From assembly GCA_964057225.1 (NCBI GenBank), contig OZ059894.1:3224001-3288000 (forward strand): 64,000 bases of DNA, written 5' to 3'. Origin of the DNA: Auanema rhodensis (taxonomy: Eukaryota; Animalia; Nematoda). This document shows positions 12,701 through 28,479 of the stretch, one piece after another (position 1 is the stretch's first letter; each line of letters begins with the position of its first letter). A program made the translations under genes and the position numbers. The notes beneath the pieces are model-generated. The model ran no database searches, was not told the origin of the DNA, and worked only from the letters and a program-made list of their open reading frames with translations.

Positions 12701-15700
12701 TTTTTGCCTTGAAAAAAGGAATCTAAAAACATCTACTTTTTGCTAAACTATTTTGAAATTTTTCGAAAAAATTTTTGTCAAAATGTTTTTGGAAGCAATG
12801 TTGAGTGTACATGAAAACTCAACATAAAACTAATGCATCATTTTTCAAACGATCATAACTAATTTTTGTATTGAGCGTTTCTCAATGAAGTATAGTGCAT
12901 TCAATGCGGATTTTTGAGCTGCGTCGATCTGTATTATCAAATTTGCGCTAGCTTTAGAATGCACCGAGATATCAACTGATATCGGTTCACACTTATATCC
13001 TCGATTTTCACCCTGAAGAGTTAATTTTTTCGCTGAATAACATTGTCCATCGTCTTTGCCTTGAAAAAAGGAATCTAAAAACATCTACTTTTCGTGAAAT
13101 TATTTCGAAATTTTTCGGGAAAATTTTTGTCAAAATGTTTTTGAAAGCAATGTTGAGTGTACATTGAAACTCAATATACAGTAATGCATCATTTTCCAAA
13201 CGATCATAACTAATTTTTGTATTGAGCATTTCTTAATGAAGTATAGTGCATTCGATGTGGATTTTTGAGCTGCGTCGATCTGTGTTATCAGATTTGCGCT
13301 AGCTTAAGAATGCACCGAGATATCAACTGATATAGGTTCACACTTATATCCTCGATTTTCACCCTGAAGAGTTTATTTTTTCGCTGAATAACATTGTCCA
13401 TCATCTTCGCCTCGAAAAAAGAAATCTAAAAACATCTACTTTTCGTGAAATTATATTGAAATTTCCCGGGAAAATTTTTGTCAAAATGTTTTTGGAAGCA
13501 ATGTTGAGTGTACATGGAAACTCAACATACAATAATGCATCATTTTTCAAACGATCATAACTAATTTTTGTATTGAGCATTTCTCAATGAAGTATAGTGC
13601 ATTCGATGTAGATTTTTGAGCTGCGTCGATCTGTGTTATCAGATTTGCGCTAGCTTAAAAATGCACCGAGATATCAACTGATATATGTTCACACTTATAT
13701 CCTCGATTTTCACCCTGGAGAGTTTATTTTTTCGCTGAATAACATTGTCCATCATCTTCGCCTCGAAAAAGGGAATCTAAAAACATCTACTTTTTGTGAA
13801 ATTATTTTGAAATTTTTCGGGAAAATTTTTGTCAAAATGTTTTTGGAAGCAATGTTGAGTGTACATTGAAACTCAATATACAGTAATGCATCATTTTCCA
13901 AACGATCATAACTAATTTTTGTATTGAGCATTTCTTAATGAAGTATAGTGCATTCGATGTGGATTTTTGTGCTGCGTCGATCTGTGTTATCAGATTTGCG
14001 CTAGCTTAAGAATGCACCGAGATATCAACTGATATAGGTTCACACTTATATCCTCGATTTTCACCCTGAAGAGTTTATTTTTTCGCTGAATAACATTGTC
14101 CATCGTCTTCCCCTTGAAAAAAGGAATCTAAAAACATCTACTTTTCGTGAAATTATTTCGAAATTTTTCGGGAAAATTTTTGTCAAAATGTTTTTGGAAG
14201 CAATGTTGAGTGTACATGGAAACTCAACATACACTAATGCATCATTTTTCAAACGATCATAACAAATTTTTGTATTGAGCATTTCTTAATGAAGTATAGT
14301 GCATTCGATGTAGATTTTTGAGCTGCGTCGATCTGTGTTATCAGATTTGCGCTAGCTTAAAAATGCACCGAGATATCAACTGATATATGTTCACACTTAT
14401 ATCCTCGATTTTCACCCTGAAGATTTACTTTTTTCGTTGAATAACATTGTCCATCGTTTTTGCCTTGAAAAAAGGAATCTAAAAACATCTACTTTTTGCT
14501 AAACTATTTTGAAATTTTTCGAAAAAATTTTTGTCAAAATGTTTTTGGAAGCAATGTTGAGTGTACATGGAAACTCAACATACACTAATGCATCATTTTT
14601 CAAACGATCATAACTAATTTTTGTATTGAGCGTTTCTCAATGAAGTATAGTGCATTCAATGCGGATTTTTGAGCTGCGTCGATCTGTGTTATCAAAATTG
14701 CGCTAGCTCTAGAATGCACCGAGATATCAACTGATATCGGTTCACACTTATATCCTCGATTTTCACCCTGAAGAGTTAATTTTTTCGCTGAATAACATTG
14801 TCCATCGTCTTCGCCTTAAAAAAAGGAATCTGAAAACATCTACTTTTCGTGAAATTATTTCGAAATTTTTCGGGAAAATTTTTGTCAAAATGTTTTTGGA
14901 AGCAATGTTGAGTGTACATTGAAACTCAATATACAGTAATGCATCATTTTCCAAACGATCATAACTAATTTTTGTGTTGAGCATTTCTTAATGAAGTATA
15001 GTGCATTCGATGTGGATTTTTGTGCTGCGTCGATCTGTGTTATCAGATTTGCGCTAGCTTAAGAATGCACCGAGATATCAACTGATATAGGTTCACACTT
15101 ATATCCTCGATTTTCACCCTGAAGAGTTTATTTTTTCGCTGAATAACATTGTCCATCGTCTTCCCCTTGAAAAAAAGAATCTAAAAACATCTACTTTTCG
15201 TGAAATTATTTCGAAATTTTTCGGGAAAATTTTTGTCAAAATGTTTTTGGAAGCAATGTTGAGTGTACATGGAAACTCAACATACACTAATGCATCATTT
15301 TTCAAACGATCATAACTAATTTTTGTATTGAGCATTTCTTAATGAAGTATAGTGCATTCGATGTAGATTTTTGAGCTGCGTCGATCTGTGTTATCAGATT
15401 TGCGCTAGCTTAAAAATGCACCGAGATATCAACTGATATATGTTCACACTTATATCCTCGATTTTCACCCTGAAGATTTACTTTTTTCGTTGAATAACAT
15501 TGTCCATCGTTTTTGCCTTGAAAAAAGGAATCTAAAAACATCTACTTTTTGCTAAACTATTTTGAAATTTTTCGAAAAAATTTTTGTCAAAATGTTTTTG
15601 GAAGCAATGTTGAGTGTACATGGAAACTCAACATACACTAATGCATCATTTTTCAAACGATCATAACTAATTTTTGTATTGAGCGTTTCTCAATGAAGTA

Positions 15701-18700
15701 TAGTGCATTCAATGCGGATTTTTGAGCTGCGTCGATCTGTGTTATCAAAATTGCGCTAGCTCTAGAATGCACCGAGATATCAACTGATATCGGTTCACAC
15801 TTATATCCTCGATTTTCACCCTGAAGAGTTAATTTTTTCGCTGAATAACATTGTCCATCGTCTTCGCCTTAAAAAAAGGAATCTAAAAACATCTACTTTT
15901 CGTGAAATTATTTCGAAATTTTTCGGGAAAATTTTTGTCAAAATGTTTTTGAAAGCAATGTTGAGTGTACATTGAAACTCAATATACAGTAATGCATCAT
16001 TTTCCAAACGATCATAACTAATTTTTGTGTTGAGCATTTCTTAATGAAGTATAGTGCATTCGATGTGGATTTTTGTGCTGCGTCGATCTGTGTTATCAGA
16101 TTTGCGCTAGCTTAAGAATGCACCGAGATATCAACTGATATAGGTTCACACTTATATCCTCGATTTTCACCCTGAAGAGTTTATTTTTTCGCTGAATAAC
16201 ATTGTCCATCGTCTTCCCCTTGAAAAAAAGAATCTAAAAACATCTACTTTTCGTGAAATTATTTCGAAATTTTTCGGGAAAATTTTTGTCAAAATGTTTT
16301 TGGAAGCAATGTTGAGTGTACATGGAAACTCAACATACACTAATGCATCATTTTCCAAACGATCATAACTAATTTTTGTATTGAGCATTTCTTAATGAAG
16401 TATAGTGCATTCGATGTGGATTTTTGAGCTGCGTCGATCTGTGTTATCAGATTTGCGCTAGCTTAAGAATGCACCGAGATATCAACTGATATAGGTTCAC
16501 ACTTATATCCTCGATTTTCACCCTGAAGAGTTTATTTTATCGCTGAATAACATTGTCCATCATCTTCGCCTCGAAAAAAGAAATCTAAAAACATCTACTT
16601 TTCGTGAAATTATTTTGAAATTTTCCGGGAAAATTTTTGTCAAAATGTTTTTGGAAGCAATGTTGAGTGTACATGGAAACTCAACATACACTAATGCATC
16701 ATTTTTCAAACGATCATAACTAATTTTTGTATTGAGCGTTTCTCAATTTAGTATAGTGCATTCAATGCGGATTTTTGAGCTGCGTCGATCTGTGTTATCA
16801 AATTTGCGCTAGCTTTAGAATGCACCGAGATATCAACTGATATCGGTTCACACTTATATCCTCGATTTTCACCCTGAAGAGTTATTTTTTTCGCTGAATA
16901 ACATTGTCCATCGTCTTCGCCTTGAAAAAAGGAATCTAAAAACATCTACTTTTCGTGAAATTATTTCGAAATTTTTCGGGAAAATTTTTGTCAAAATGTT
17001 TTTGAAAGCAATGTTGAGTGTACATTGAAACTCAATATACAGTAATGCATCATTTTCCAAACGATCATAACTAATTTTTGTATTGAGCATTTCTTAATGA
17101 AGTATAGTGCATTCGATGTGATTTTTGAGCTGCGTCGATCTGTGTTATCAGATTTGCGCTAGCTTAAGAATGCACCGAGATATCAACTGATATAGGTTCA
17201 CACTTATATCCTCGATTTTCACCCTGAAGAGTTTATTTTTTCGCTGAATAACAATGTCCATCATCTTCGCCTCGAAAAAAGAAATCTAAAAACATCTACT
17301 TTTCGTGAAATTATTTTGAAATTTTCCGGGAAAATTTTTGTCAAAATGTTTTTGGAAGCAATGTTGAGTGTACATGGAAACTCAACATACAATAATGCAT
17401 CATTTTTCAAACGATCATAACTAATTTTTGTATTGAGCATTTCTTAATGAAGTATAGTGCATTCGATGTAGATTTTTGAGCTGCGTCGATCTGTGTTATC
17501 AGATTTGCGCCAGCTTAAGAATGCACCGAGATATCAACTGATATATGTTCACACTTATATCCTCGATTTTCACCCTGAAGATTTACTTTTTTCATTGAAT
17601 AACATTGTCCATCGTTTTTGCCTTGAAAAAAGGAATCTAAAAACATCTACTTTTTGCTAAACTATTTTGAAATTTTTCGAAAAAATTTTTGTCAAAATGT
17701 TTTTGGAAGCAATGTTGAGTGTACATGGAAACTCAACATACACTAATGCATCATTTTTCAAACGATCATAACTAATTTTTGTATTAAGCGTTTTTCAATG
17801 TAGTATAGTGCATTCGATGCGGATTTTTAAGCTGCGTCGATCTGTGTTATCAGATTTGCGCTAGCTTAAAAATGCACCGAGATATCAACTGATATAGGTT
17901 CACACTTATATCCTCGATTTTCACCCTGAAGAGTTTATTTTTTCGCTGAATAACAATGTCCATCATCTTCGCCTCGAAAAAAGAAATCTAAAAACATCTA
18001 CTTTTCGTGAAATTATTTTGAAATTTTCCGGGAAAATTTTTGCCAAAATGTTTTTGGAAGCAATGTTGAGTGTACATGGAAACTCAACATACAATAATGC
18101 ATCATTTTTCAAACGATCATAACTAATTTTTGTATTGAGCATTTCTTAATGAAGTATAGTGCATTCGATGTAGATTTTTGAGCTGCGTCGATCTGTGTTA
18201 TCAGATTTGCGCCAGCTTAAGAATGCACCGAGATATCAACTGATATATGTTCACACTTATATCCTCGATTTTCACCCTGAAGATTTACTTTTTTCATTGA
18301 ATAACATTGTCCATCGTCTTCCCCTTGAAAAAAGGAATCTAAAAACATCTACTTTTCGTGAAATTATTTCGAAATTTTTCGGGAAAATTTTTGTCAAAAT
18401 GTTTTTGGAAGCAATGTTGAGTGTACATGGAAACTCAACATACACTAATGCATCATTTTCCAAACGATCATAACTAATTTTTGTATTGAGCATTTCTTAA
18501 TGAAGTATAGTGCATTCGATGTGGATTTTTGAGCTGCGTCGATCTGTGTTATCAGATTTGCGCTAGCTTAAGAATGCACCGAGATATCAACTGATATAGG
18601 TTCACACTTATATCCTCGATTTTCACCCTGAAGAATTAATTTTTTCGTTGAATAACATTGTCCATCGTCTTTGCCTTGAAAAAAGGAATCTAAAAACATC

Positions 18701-21700
18701 TACTTTTTGCTAAATTATTTTGAAATGTTTCGAAAAAATTTTTGTCAAAATGTTTTTGGAAGCAATGTTGAGTGTACATGGAAACTCAACATACACTAAT
18801 GCATCATTTTTCAAACGATCATAACTAATTTTTGTATTAAGCGTTTTTCAATGTAGTATAGTGCATTCGATGCGGATTTTTAAGCTGCGTCGATCTGTGT
18901 TATCCGATTTGCGCTAGCTGAAAAATGCACCGAGATATCAACTGATATAAGTTCACACTTATATCCTCGATTTTCACCCTGAAGAATTAATTTTTTCGTT
19001 GAATAACATTGTCCATCGTCTTTGCCTTGAAAAAAGGAATCTAAAAACATCTACTTTTTGCTAAATTATTTTGAAATTTTTCGAAAAAATTGGAAGCAAT
19101 GTTGAGTGTACATGGAAACTCAACATACACTAATGCATCATTTTTCAAACGATCATAACTAATTTTTGTATTAAGCGTTTTTCAATGTAGTATAGTGCAT
19201 TCGATGCGGATTTTCAAGCTGCGTCGATCTGTGTTATCAGATTTGCGCTAGCTTAAAAATGCACCGAGATATCAACTGATATAAGTTCACACTTATATCC
19301 TCGATTTTCACCCCGAAGAATTAATTTTTTCGTTGAATAACATTGTCCATCGTCTTTGCCTTGAAAAAAGGAATCTAAAAACATCTACTTTTTGCTAAAT
19401 TATTTCGAAATTTTTCGAAAAAATTTTTGTCAAAATGTTTTTGGAAGCAATGTTGAGTGTACATGGAAACTCAACATACACTAATGCATCATTTTTCAAA
19501 CGATCATAACTAATTTTTGTATTAAGCGTTTCTCAATGAAGTATAGTGCATTCAATGCGGATTTTTGAGCTGCGTCGATCTGTGTTATCAAATTTGCGCT
19601 AGCTTAAGAATGCACCGAGATATCAACTGATATAGGTTCACACTTATATCCTCGATTTTCACCCTGAAGAGTTTATTTTTTCGCTGAATAACATTGTCCA
19701 TCATCTTCGCCTCGAAAAAAGAAATCTAAAAACATCTACTTTTCGTGAAATTATTTTGAAATTTTCCGGGAAAATTTTTGTCAAAATGTTTTTGGAAGCA
19801 ATGTTGAGTGTACATGGAAACTCAACATACAATAATGCATCATTTTTCAAACGATCATAACTAATTTTTGTATTGAGCGTTTCTCAATGAAGTATAGTGC
19901 ATTCAATGCGGATTTTTGAGCTGCGTCGATCTGTGTTATCAAAATTGCGCTAGCTTTAGAATGCACCGAGATATCAACTGATATCGGTTCACACTTATAT
20001 CCTCGATTTTCACCCTGAAGAGTTAATTTTTTCGCTGAATAACATTGTCCATCGTCTTCGCCTTGAAAAAAAGAAATCTAAAAACATCTACTTTTCGTGA
20101 AATTATTTCGAAATTTTTCGGGAAAATTTTTGTCAAAATGTTTTTGAAAGCAATGTTGAGTGTACATTGAAACTCAATATACAGTAATGCATCATTTTCC
20201 AAACGATCATAACTAATTTTTGTACTGAGCATTTCTTAATGAAGTATAGTGCATTCGATGTGGATTTTTGTGCTGCGTCGATCTGTGTTATCAGATTTGC
20301 GCTAGCTTAAGAATGCACCGAGATATCAACTGATATAGGTTCACACTTATATCCTCGATTTTCACCCTGAAGAGTTTATTTTTTCGCTGAATAACATTGT
20401 CCATCGTCTTCCCCTTGAAAAAAGGAATCTAAAAACATCTACTTTTCGTGAAATTATTTCGAAATTTTTCGGGAAAATTTTTGTCAAAATGTTTTTGGAA
20501 GCAATGTTGAGTGTACATGGAAACTCAACATACACTAATGCATCATTTTCCAAACGATCATAACTAATTTTTGTATTGAGCATTTCTTAATGAAGTATAG
20601 TGCATTCGATGTGGATTTTTGAGCTGCGTCGATCTGTGTTATCAGATTTGCGCTAGCTTAAGAATGCACCGAGATATCAACTGATATAGGTTCACACTTA
20701 TATCCTCGATTTTCACCCTGAAGAGTTTATTTTTTCGCTGAATAACATTGTCCATCATCTTTGCCTCGAAAAAAGAAATCTAAAAACATCTACTTTTCGT
20801 GAAATTATTTTGAAATTTTCCGGGAAAATTTTTGTCAAAATGTTTTTGGAAGCAATGTTGAGTGTACATGGAAACTCAACATACACTAATGCATCATTTT
20901 TCAAACGATCATAACTAATTTTTGTATTGAGCATTTCTTAATGAAGTATAGTGCATTCGATGTAGATTTTTGAGCTGCGTCGATCTGTGTTATCAGATTT
21001 GCGCTAGCTTAAAAATGCACCGAGATATCAACTGATATATGTTCACACTTATATCCTCGATTTTCACCCTGAAGATTTACTTTTTTCGTTGAATAACATT
21101 GTCCATCGTTTTTGCCTTGAAAAAAGGAATCTAAAAACATCTACTTTTTGCTAAATTATTTCGAAATTTTTCGAAAAAATTTTTGTCAAAATGTTTTTGG
21201 AAGCAATGTTGAGTGTACATGGAAACTCAACATACACTAATGCATCATTTTTCAAACGATCATAACTAATTTTTGTATTGAGCGTTTCTCAATGAAGTAT
21301 AGTGCATTCAATGCGGATTTTTGAGCTGCGTCGATCTGTGTTATCAAAATTGCGCTAGCTCTAGAATGCACCGAGATATCAACTGATATCGGTTCACACT
21401 TATATCCTCGATTTTCACCCTGAAGAGTTATTTTTTTCGCTGAATAACATTGTCCATCGTCTTCGCCTTAAAAAAAGGAATCTAAAAACATCTACTTTTC
21501 GTGAAATTATTTCGAAATTTTTCGGGAAAATTTTTGTCAAAATGTTTTTGAAAGCAATGTTGAGTGTACATTGAAACTCAATATACAGTAATGCATCATT
21601 TTCCAAACGATCATAACTAATTTTTGTATTGAGCATTTCTTAATGAAGTATAGTGCATTCGATGTGGATTTTTGAGCTGCGTCGATCTGTGTTATCAGAT

Positions 21701-24700
21701 TTGCGCTAGCTTAAGAATGCACCGAGATATCAACTGATATAGGTTCACACTTATATCCTCGATTTTCACCCTGAAGAGTTTATTTTTTCGCTGAATAACA
21801 TTGTCCATCATCTTCGCCTCGAAAAAAGAAATCTAAAAACATCTACTTTTCGTGAAATTATTTTGAAATTTTCCGGGAAAATTTTTGTCAAAATGTTTTT
21901 GGAAGCAATGTTGAGTGTACATGGAAACTCAACATACACTAATGCATCATTTTTCAAACGATCATAACTAATTTTTGTATTGAGCGTTTCTCAATTTAGT
22001 ATAGTGCATTCAATGCGGATTTTTGAGCTGCGTCGATCTGTGTTATCAAATTTGCGCTAGCTTTAGAATGCACCGAGATATCAACTGATATCGGTTCACA
22101 CTTATATCCTCGATTTTCACCCTGAAGAGTTAATTTTTTCGCTGAATAACATTGTCCATCGTCTTCGCCTTGAAAAAAGGAATCTAAAAACATCTACTTT
22201 TCGTGAAATTATTTCGAAATTTTTCGGGAAAATTTTTGTCAAAATGTTTTTGAAAGCAATGTTGAGTGTACATTGAAACTCAATATACAGTAATGCATCA
22301 TTTTCCAAACGATCATAACTAATTTTTGTATTGAGCATTTCTTAATGAAGTATAGTGCATTCGATGTGATTTTTGAGCTGCGTCGATCTGTGTTATCAGA
22401 TTTGCGCTAGCTTAAGAATGCACCGAGATATCAACTGATATAGGTTCACACTTATATCCTCGATTTTCACCCTGAAGAGTTTATTTTTTCGCTGAATAAC
22501 AATGTCCATCATCTTCGCCTCGAAAAAAGAAACCTAAAAACATCTACTTTTCGTGAAATTATTTTGAAATTTTCCGGGAAAATTTTTGTCAAAATGTTTT
22601 TGGAAGCAATGTTGAGTGTACATGGAAACTCAACATACAATAATGCATCATTTTTCAAACGATCATAACTAATTTTTGTATTGAGCATTTCTTAATGAAG
22701 TATAGTGCATTCGATGTAGATTTTTGAGCTGCGTCGATCTGTGTTATCAGATTTGCGCCAGCTTAAGAATGCACCGAGATATCAACTGATATATGTTCAC
22801 ACTTATATCCTCGATTTTCACCCTGAAGATTTACTTTTTTCATTGAATAACATTGTCCATCGTTTTTGCCTTGAAAAAAGGAATCTAAAAACATCTACTT
22901 TTTGCTAAACTATTTTGAAATTTTTCGAAAAAATTTTTGTCAAAATGTTTTTGGAAGCAATGTTGAGTGTACATGAAAACTCAACATAAAACTAATGCAT
23001 CATTTTTCAAACGATCATAACTAATTTTTGTATTGAGCGTTTCTCAATGAAGTATAGTGCATTCAATGCGGATTTTTGAGCTGCGTCGATCTGTATTATC
23101 AAATTTGCGCTAGCTTTAGAATGCACCGAGATATCAACTGATATCGGTTCACACTTATATCCTCGATTTTCACCCTGAAGAGTTAATTTTTTCGCTGAAT
23201 AACATTGTCCATCGTCTTTGCCTTGAAAAAAGGAATCTAAAAACATCTACTTTTCGTGAAATTATTTCGAAATTTTTCGGGAAAATTTTTGTCAAAATGT
23301 TTTTGAAAGCAATGTTGAGTGTACATTGAAACTCAATATACAGTAATGCATCATTTTCCAAACGATCATAACTAATTTTTGTATTGAGCATTTCTTAATG
23401 AAGTATAGTGCATTCGATGTGGATTTTTGAGCTGCGTCGATCTGTGTTATCAGATTTGCGCTAGCTTAAGAATGCACCGAGATATCAACTGATATAGGTT
23501 CACACTTATATCCTCGATTTTCACCCTGAAGAGTTTATTTTTTCGCTGAATAACATTGTCCATCATCTTCGCCTCGAAAAAAGAAATCTAAAAACATCTA
23601 CTTTTCGTGAAATTATATTGAAATTTCCCGGGAAAATTTTTGTCAAAATGTTTTTGGAAGCAATGTTGAGTGTACATGGAAACTCAACATACAATAATGC
23701 ATCATTTTTCAAACGATCATAACTAATTTTTGTATTGAGCATTTCTCAATGAAGTATAGTGCATTCGATGTAGATTTTTGAGCTGCGTCGATCTGTGTTA
23801 TCAGATTTGCGCTAGCTTAAAAATGCACCGAGATATCAACTGATATATGTTCACACTTATATCCTCGATTTTCACCCTGGAGAGTTTATTTTTTCGCTGA
23901 ATAACATTGTCCATCATCTTCGCCTCGAAAAAGGGAATCTAAAAACATCTACTTTTTGTGAAATTATTTTGAAATTTTTCGGGAAAATTTTTGTCAAAAT
24001 GTTTTTGGAAGCAATGTTGAGTGTACATTGAAACTCAATATACAGTAATGCATCATTTTCCAAACGATCATAACTAATTTTTGTATTGAGCATTTCTTAA
24101 TGAAGTATAGTGCATTCGATGTGGATTTTTGTGCTGCGTCGATCTGTGTTATCAGATTTGCGCTAGCTTAAGAATGCACCGAGATATCAACTGATATAGG
24201 TTCACACTTATATCCTCGATTTTCACCCTGAAGAGTTTATTTTTTCGCTGAATAACATTGTCCATCGTCTTCCCCTTGAAAAAAGGAATCTAAAAACATC
24301 TACTTTTCGTGAAATTATTTCGAAATTTTTCGGGAAAATTTTTGTCAAAATGTTTTTGGAAGCAATGTTGAGTGTACATGGAAACTCAACATACACTAAT
24401 GCATCATTTTTCAAACGATCATAACAAATTTTTGTATTGAGCATTTCTTAATGAAGTATAGTGCATTCGATGTAGATTTTTGAGCTGCGTCGATCTGTGT
24501 TATCAGATTTGCGCTAGCTTAAAAATGCACCGAGATATCAACTGATATATGTTCACACTTATATCCTCGATTTTCACCCTGAAGATTTACTTTTTTCGTT
24601 GAATAACATTGTCCATCGTTTTTGCCTTGAAAAAAGGAATCTAAAAACATCTACTTTTTGCTAAACTATTTTGAAATTTTTCGAAAAAATTTTTGTCAAA

Positions 24701-27700
24701 ATGTTTTTGGAAGCAATGTTGAGTGTACATGGAAACTCAACATACACTAATGCATCATTTTTCAAACGATCATAACTAATTTTTGTATTGAGCGTTTCTC
24801 AATGAAGTATAGTGCATTCAATGCGGATTTTTGAGCTGCGTCGATCTGTGTTATCAAAATTGCGCTAGCTCTAGAATGCACCGAGATATCAACTGATATC
24901 GGTTCACACTTATATCCTCGATTTTCACCCTGAAGAGTTAATTTTTTCGCTGAATAACATTGTCCATCGTCTTCGCCTTAAAAAAAGGAATCTGAAAACA
25001 TCTACTTTTCGTGAAATTATTTCGAAATTTTTCGGGAAAATTTTTGTCAAAATGTTTTTGGAAGCAATGTTGAGTGTACATTGAAACTCAATATACAGTA
25101 ATGCATCATTTTCCAAACGATCATAACTAATTTTTGTGTTGAGCATTTCTTAATGAAGTATAGTGCATTCGATGTGGATTTTTGTGCTGCGTCGATCTGT
25201 GTTATCAGATTTGCGCTAGCTTAAGAATGCACCGAGATATCAACTGATATAGGTTCACACTTATATCCTCGATTTTCACCCTGAAGAGTTTATTTTTTCG
25301 CTGAATAACATTGTCCATCGTCTTCCCCTTGAAAAAAAGAATCTAAAAACATCTACTTTTCGTGAAATTATTTCGAAATTTTTCGGGAAAATTTTTGTCA
25401 AAATGTTTTTGGAAGCAATGTTGAGTGTACATGGAAACTCAACATACACTAATGCATCATTTTTCAAACGATCATAACTAATTTTTGTATTGAGCATTTC
25501 TTAATGAAGTATAGTGCATTCGATGTAGATTTTTGAGCTGCGTCGATCTGTGTTATCAGATTTGCGCTAGCTTAAAAATGCACCGAGATATCAACTGATA
25601 TATGTTCACACTTATATCCTCGATTTTCACCCTGAAGATTTACTTTTTTCGTTGAATAACATTGTCCATCGTTTTTGCCTTGAAAAAAGGAATCTAAAAA
25701 CATCTACTTTTTGCTAAACTATTTTGAAATTTTTCGAAAAAATTTTTGTCAAAATGTTTTTGGAAGCAATGTTGAGTGTACATGGAAACTCAACATACAC
25801 TAATGCATCATTTTTCAAACGATCATAACTAATTTTTGTATTGAGCGTTTCTCAATGAAGTATAGTGCATTCAATGCGGATTTTTGAGCTGCGTCGATCT
25901 GTGTTATCAAAATTGCGCTAGCTCTAGAATGCACCGAGATATCAACTGATATCGGTTCACACTTATATCCTCGATTTTCACCCTGAAGAGTTAATTTTTT
26001 CGCTGAATAACATTGTCCATCGTCTTCGCCTTAAAAAAAGGAATCTAAAAACATCTACTTTTCGTGAAATTATTTCGAAATTTTTCGGGAAAATTTTTGT
26101 CAAAATGTTTTTGAAAGCAATGTTGAGTGTACATTGAAACTCAATATACAGTAATGCATCATTTTCCAAACGATCATAACTAATTTTTGTGTTGAGCATT
26201 TCTTAATGAAGTATAGTGCATTCGATGTGGATTTTTGTGCTGCGTCGATCTGTGTTATCAGATTTGCGCTAGCTTAAGAATGCACCGAGATATCAACTGA
26301 TATAGGTTCACACTTATATCCTCGATTTTCACCCTGAAGAGTTTATTTTTTCGCTGAATAACATTGTCCATCGTCTTCCCCTTGAAAAAAAGAATCTAAA
26401 AACATCTACTTTTCGTGAAATTATTTCGAAATTTTTCGGGAAAATTTTTGTCAAAATGTTTTTGGAAGCAATGTTGAGTGTACATGGAAACTCAACATAC
26501 ACTAATGCATCATTTTCCAAACGATCATAACTAATTTTTGTATTGAGCATTTCTTAATGAAGTATAGTGCATTCGATGTGGATTTTTGAGCTGCGTCGAT
26601 CTGTGTTATCAGATTTGCGCTAGCTTAAGAATGCACCGAGATATCAACTGATATAGGTTCACACTTATATCCTCGATTTTCACCCTGAAGAGTTTATTTT
26701 ATCGCTGAATAACATTGTCCATCATCTTCGCCTCGAAAAAAGAAATCTAAAAACATCTACTTTTCGTGAAATTATTTTGAAATTTTCCGGGAAAATTTTT
26801 GTCAAAATGTTTTTGGAAGCAATGTTGAGTGTACATGGAAACTCAACATACACTAATGCATCATTTTTCAAACGATCATAACTAATTTTTGTATTGAGCG
26901 TTTCTCAATTTAGTATAGTGCATTCAATGCGGATTTTTGAGCTGCGTCGATCTGTGTTATCAAATTTGCGCTAGCTTTAGAATGCACCGAGATATCAACT
27001 GATATCGGTTCACACTTATATCCTCGATTTTCACCCTGAAGAGTTATTTTTTTCGCTGAATAACATTGTCCATCGTCTTCGCCTTGAAAAAAGGAATCTA
27101 AAAACATCTACTTTTCGTGAAATTATTTCGAAATTTTTCGGGAAAATTTTTGTCAAAATGTTTTTGAAAGCAATGTTGAGTGTACATTGAAACTCAATAT
27201 ACAGTAATGCATCATTTTCCAAACGATCATAACTAATTTTTGTATTGAGCATTTCTTAATGAAGTATAGTGCATTCGATGTGATTTTTGAGCTGCGTCGA
27301 TCTGTGTTATCAGATTTGCGCTAGCTTAAGAATGCACCGAGATATCAACTGATATAGGTTCACACTTATATCCTCGATTTTCACCCTGAAGAGTTTATTT
27401 TTTCGCTGAATAACAATGTCCATCATCTTCGCCTCGAAAAAAGAAATCTAAAAACATCTACTTTTCGTGAAATTATTTTGAAATTTTCCGGGAAAATTTT
27501 TGTCAAAATGTTTTTGGAAGCAATGTTGAGTGTACATGGAAACTCAACATACAATAATGCATCATTTTTCAAACGATCATAACTAATTTTTGTATTGAGC
27601 ATTTCTTAATGAAGTATAGTGCATTCGATGTAGATTTTTGAGCTGCGTCGATCTGTGTTATCAGATTTGCGCCAGCTTAAGAATGCACCGAGATATCAAC

Positions 27701-28479
27701 TGATATATGTTCACACTTATATCCTCGATTTTCACCCTGAAGATTTACTTTTTTCATTGAATAACATTGTCCATCGTTTTTGCCTTGAAAAAAGGAATCT
27801 AAAAACATCTACTTTTTGCTAAACTATTTTGAAATTTTTCGAAAAAATTTTTGTCAAAATGTTTTTGGAAGCAATGTTGAGTGTACATGGAAACTCAACA
27901 TACACTAATGCATCATTTTTCAAACGATCATAACTAATTTTTGTATTAAGCGTTTTTCAATGTAGTATAGTGCATTCGATGCGGATTTTTAAGCTGCGTC
28001 GATCTGTGTTATCAGATTTGCGCTAGCTTAAAAATGCACCGAGATATCAACTGATATAGGTTCACACTTATATCCTCGATTTTCACCCTGAAGAGTTTAT
28101 TTTTTCGCTGAATAACAATGTCCATCATCTTCGCCTCGAAAAAAGAAATCTAAAAACATCTACTTTTCGTGAAATTATTTTGAAATTTTCCGGGAAAATT
28201 TTTGCCAAAATGTTTTTGGAAGCAATGTTGAGTGTACATGGAAACTCAACATACAATAATGCATCATTTTTCAAACGATCATAACTAATTTTTGTATTGA
28301 GCATTTCTTAATGAAGTATAGTGCATTCGATGTAGATTTTTGAGCTGCGTCGATCTGTGTTATCAGATTTGCGCCAGCTTAAGAATGCACCGAGATATCA
28401 ACTGATATATGTTCACACTTATATCCTCGATTTTCACCCTGAAGATTTACTTTTTTCATTGAATAACATTGTCCATCGT
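6769..28479 (+). repeat. Large tandem duplication: copy 1 ~6769-18317 (11,549 bp, 33 monomers), copy 2 ~18318-28479 (10,162 bp, 29 monomers)
   Basis: ORF and SNP patterns repeat at offset 10,162 (9861/20023, 12845/23007, 14061/24223, 16869/27031) and at 11,549 for the first monomers (6723/18272; 17-bp deletion 7541/19090). 10,162 = 29x351 - 17. Confidence 0.9.
7533..7548 (+). other. 17-bp deletion junction (334-bp monomer variant); also at ~8928 and ~19090
   Basis: CGAAAAAATTGGAAGC versus canonical CGAAAAAATTTTTGTCAAAATGTTTTTGGAAGC. Confidence 0.92.
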
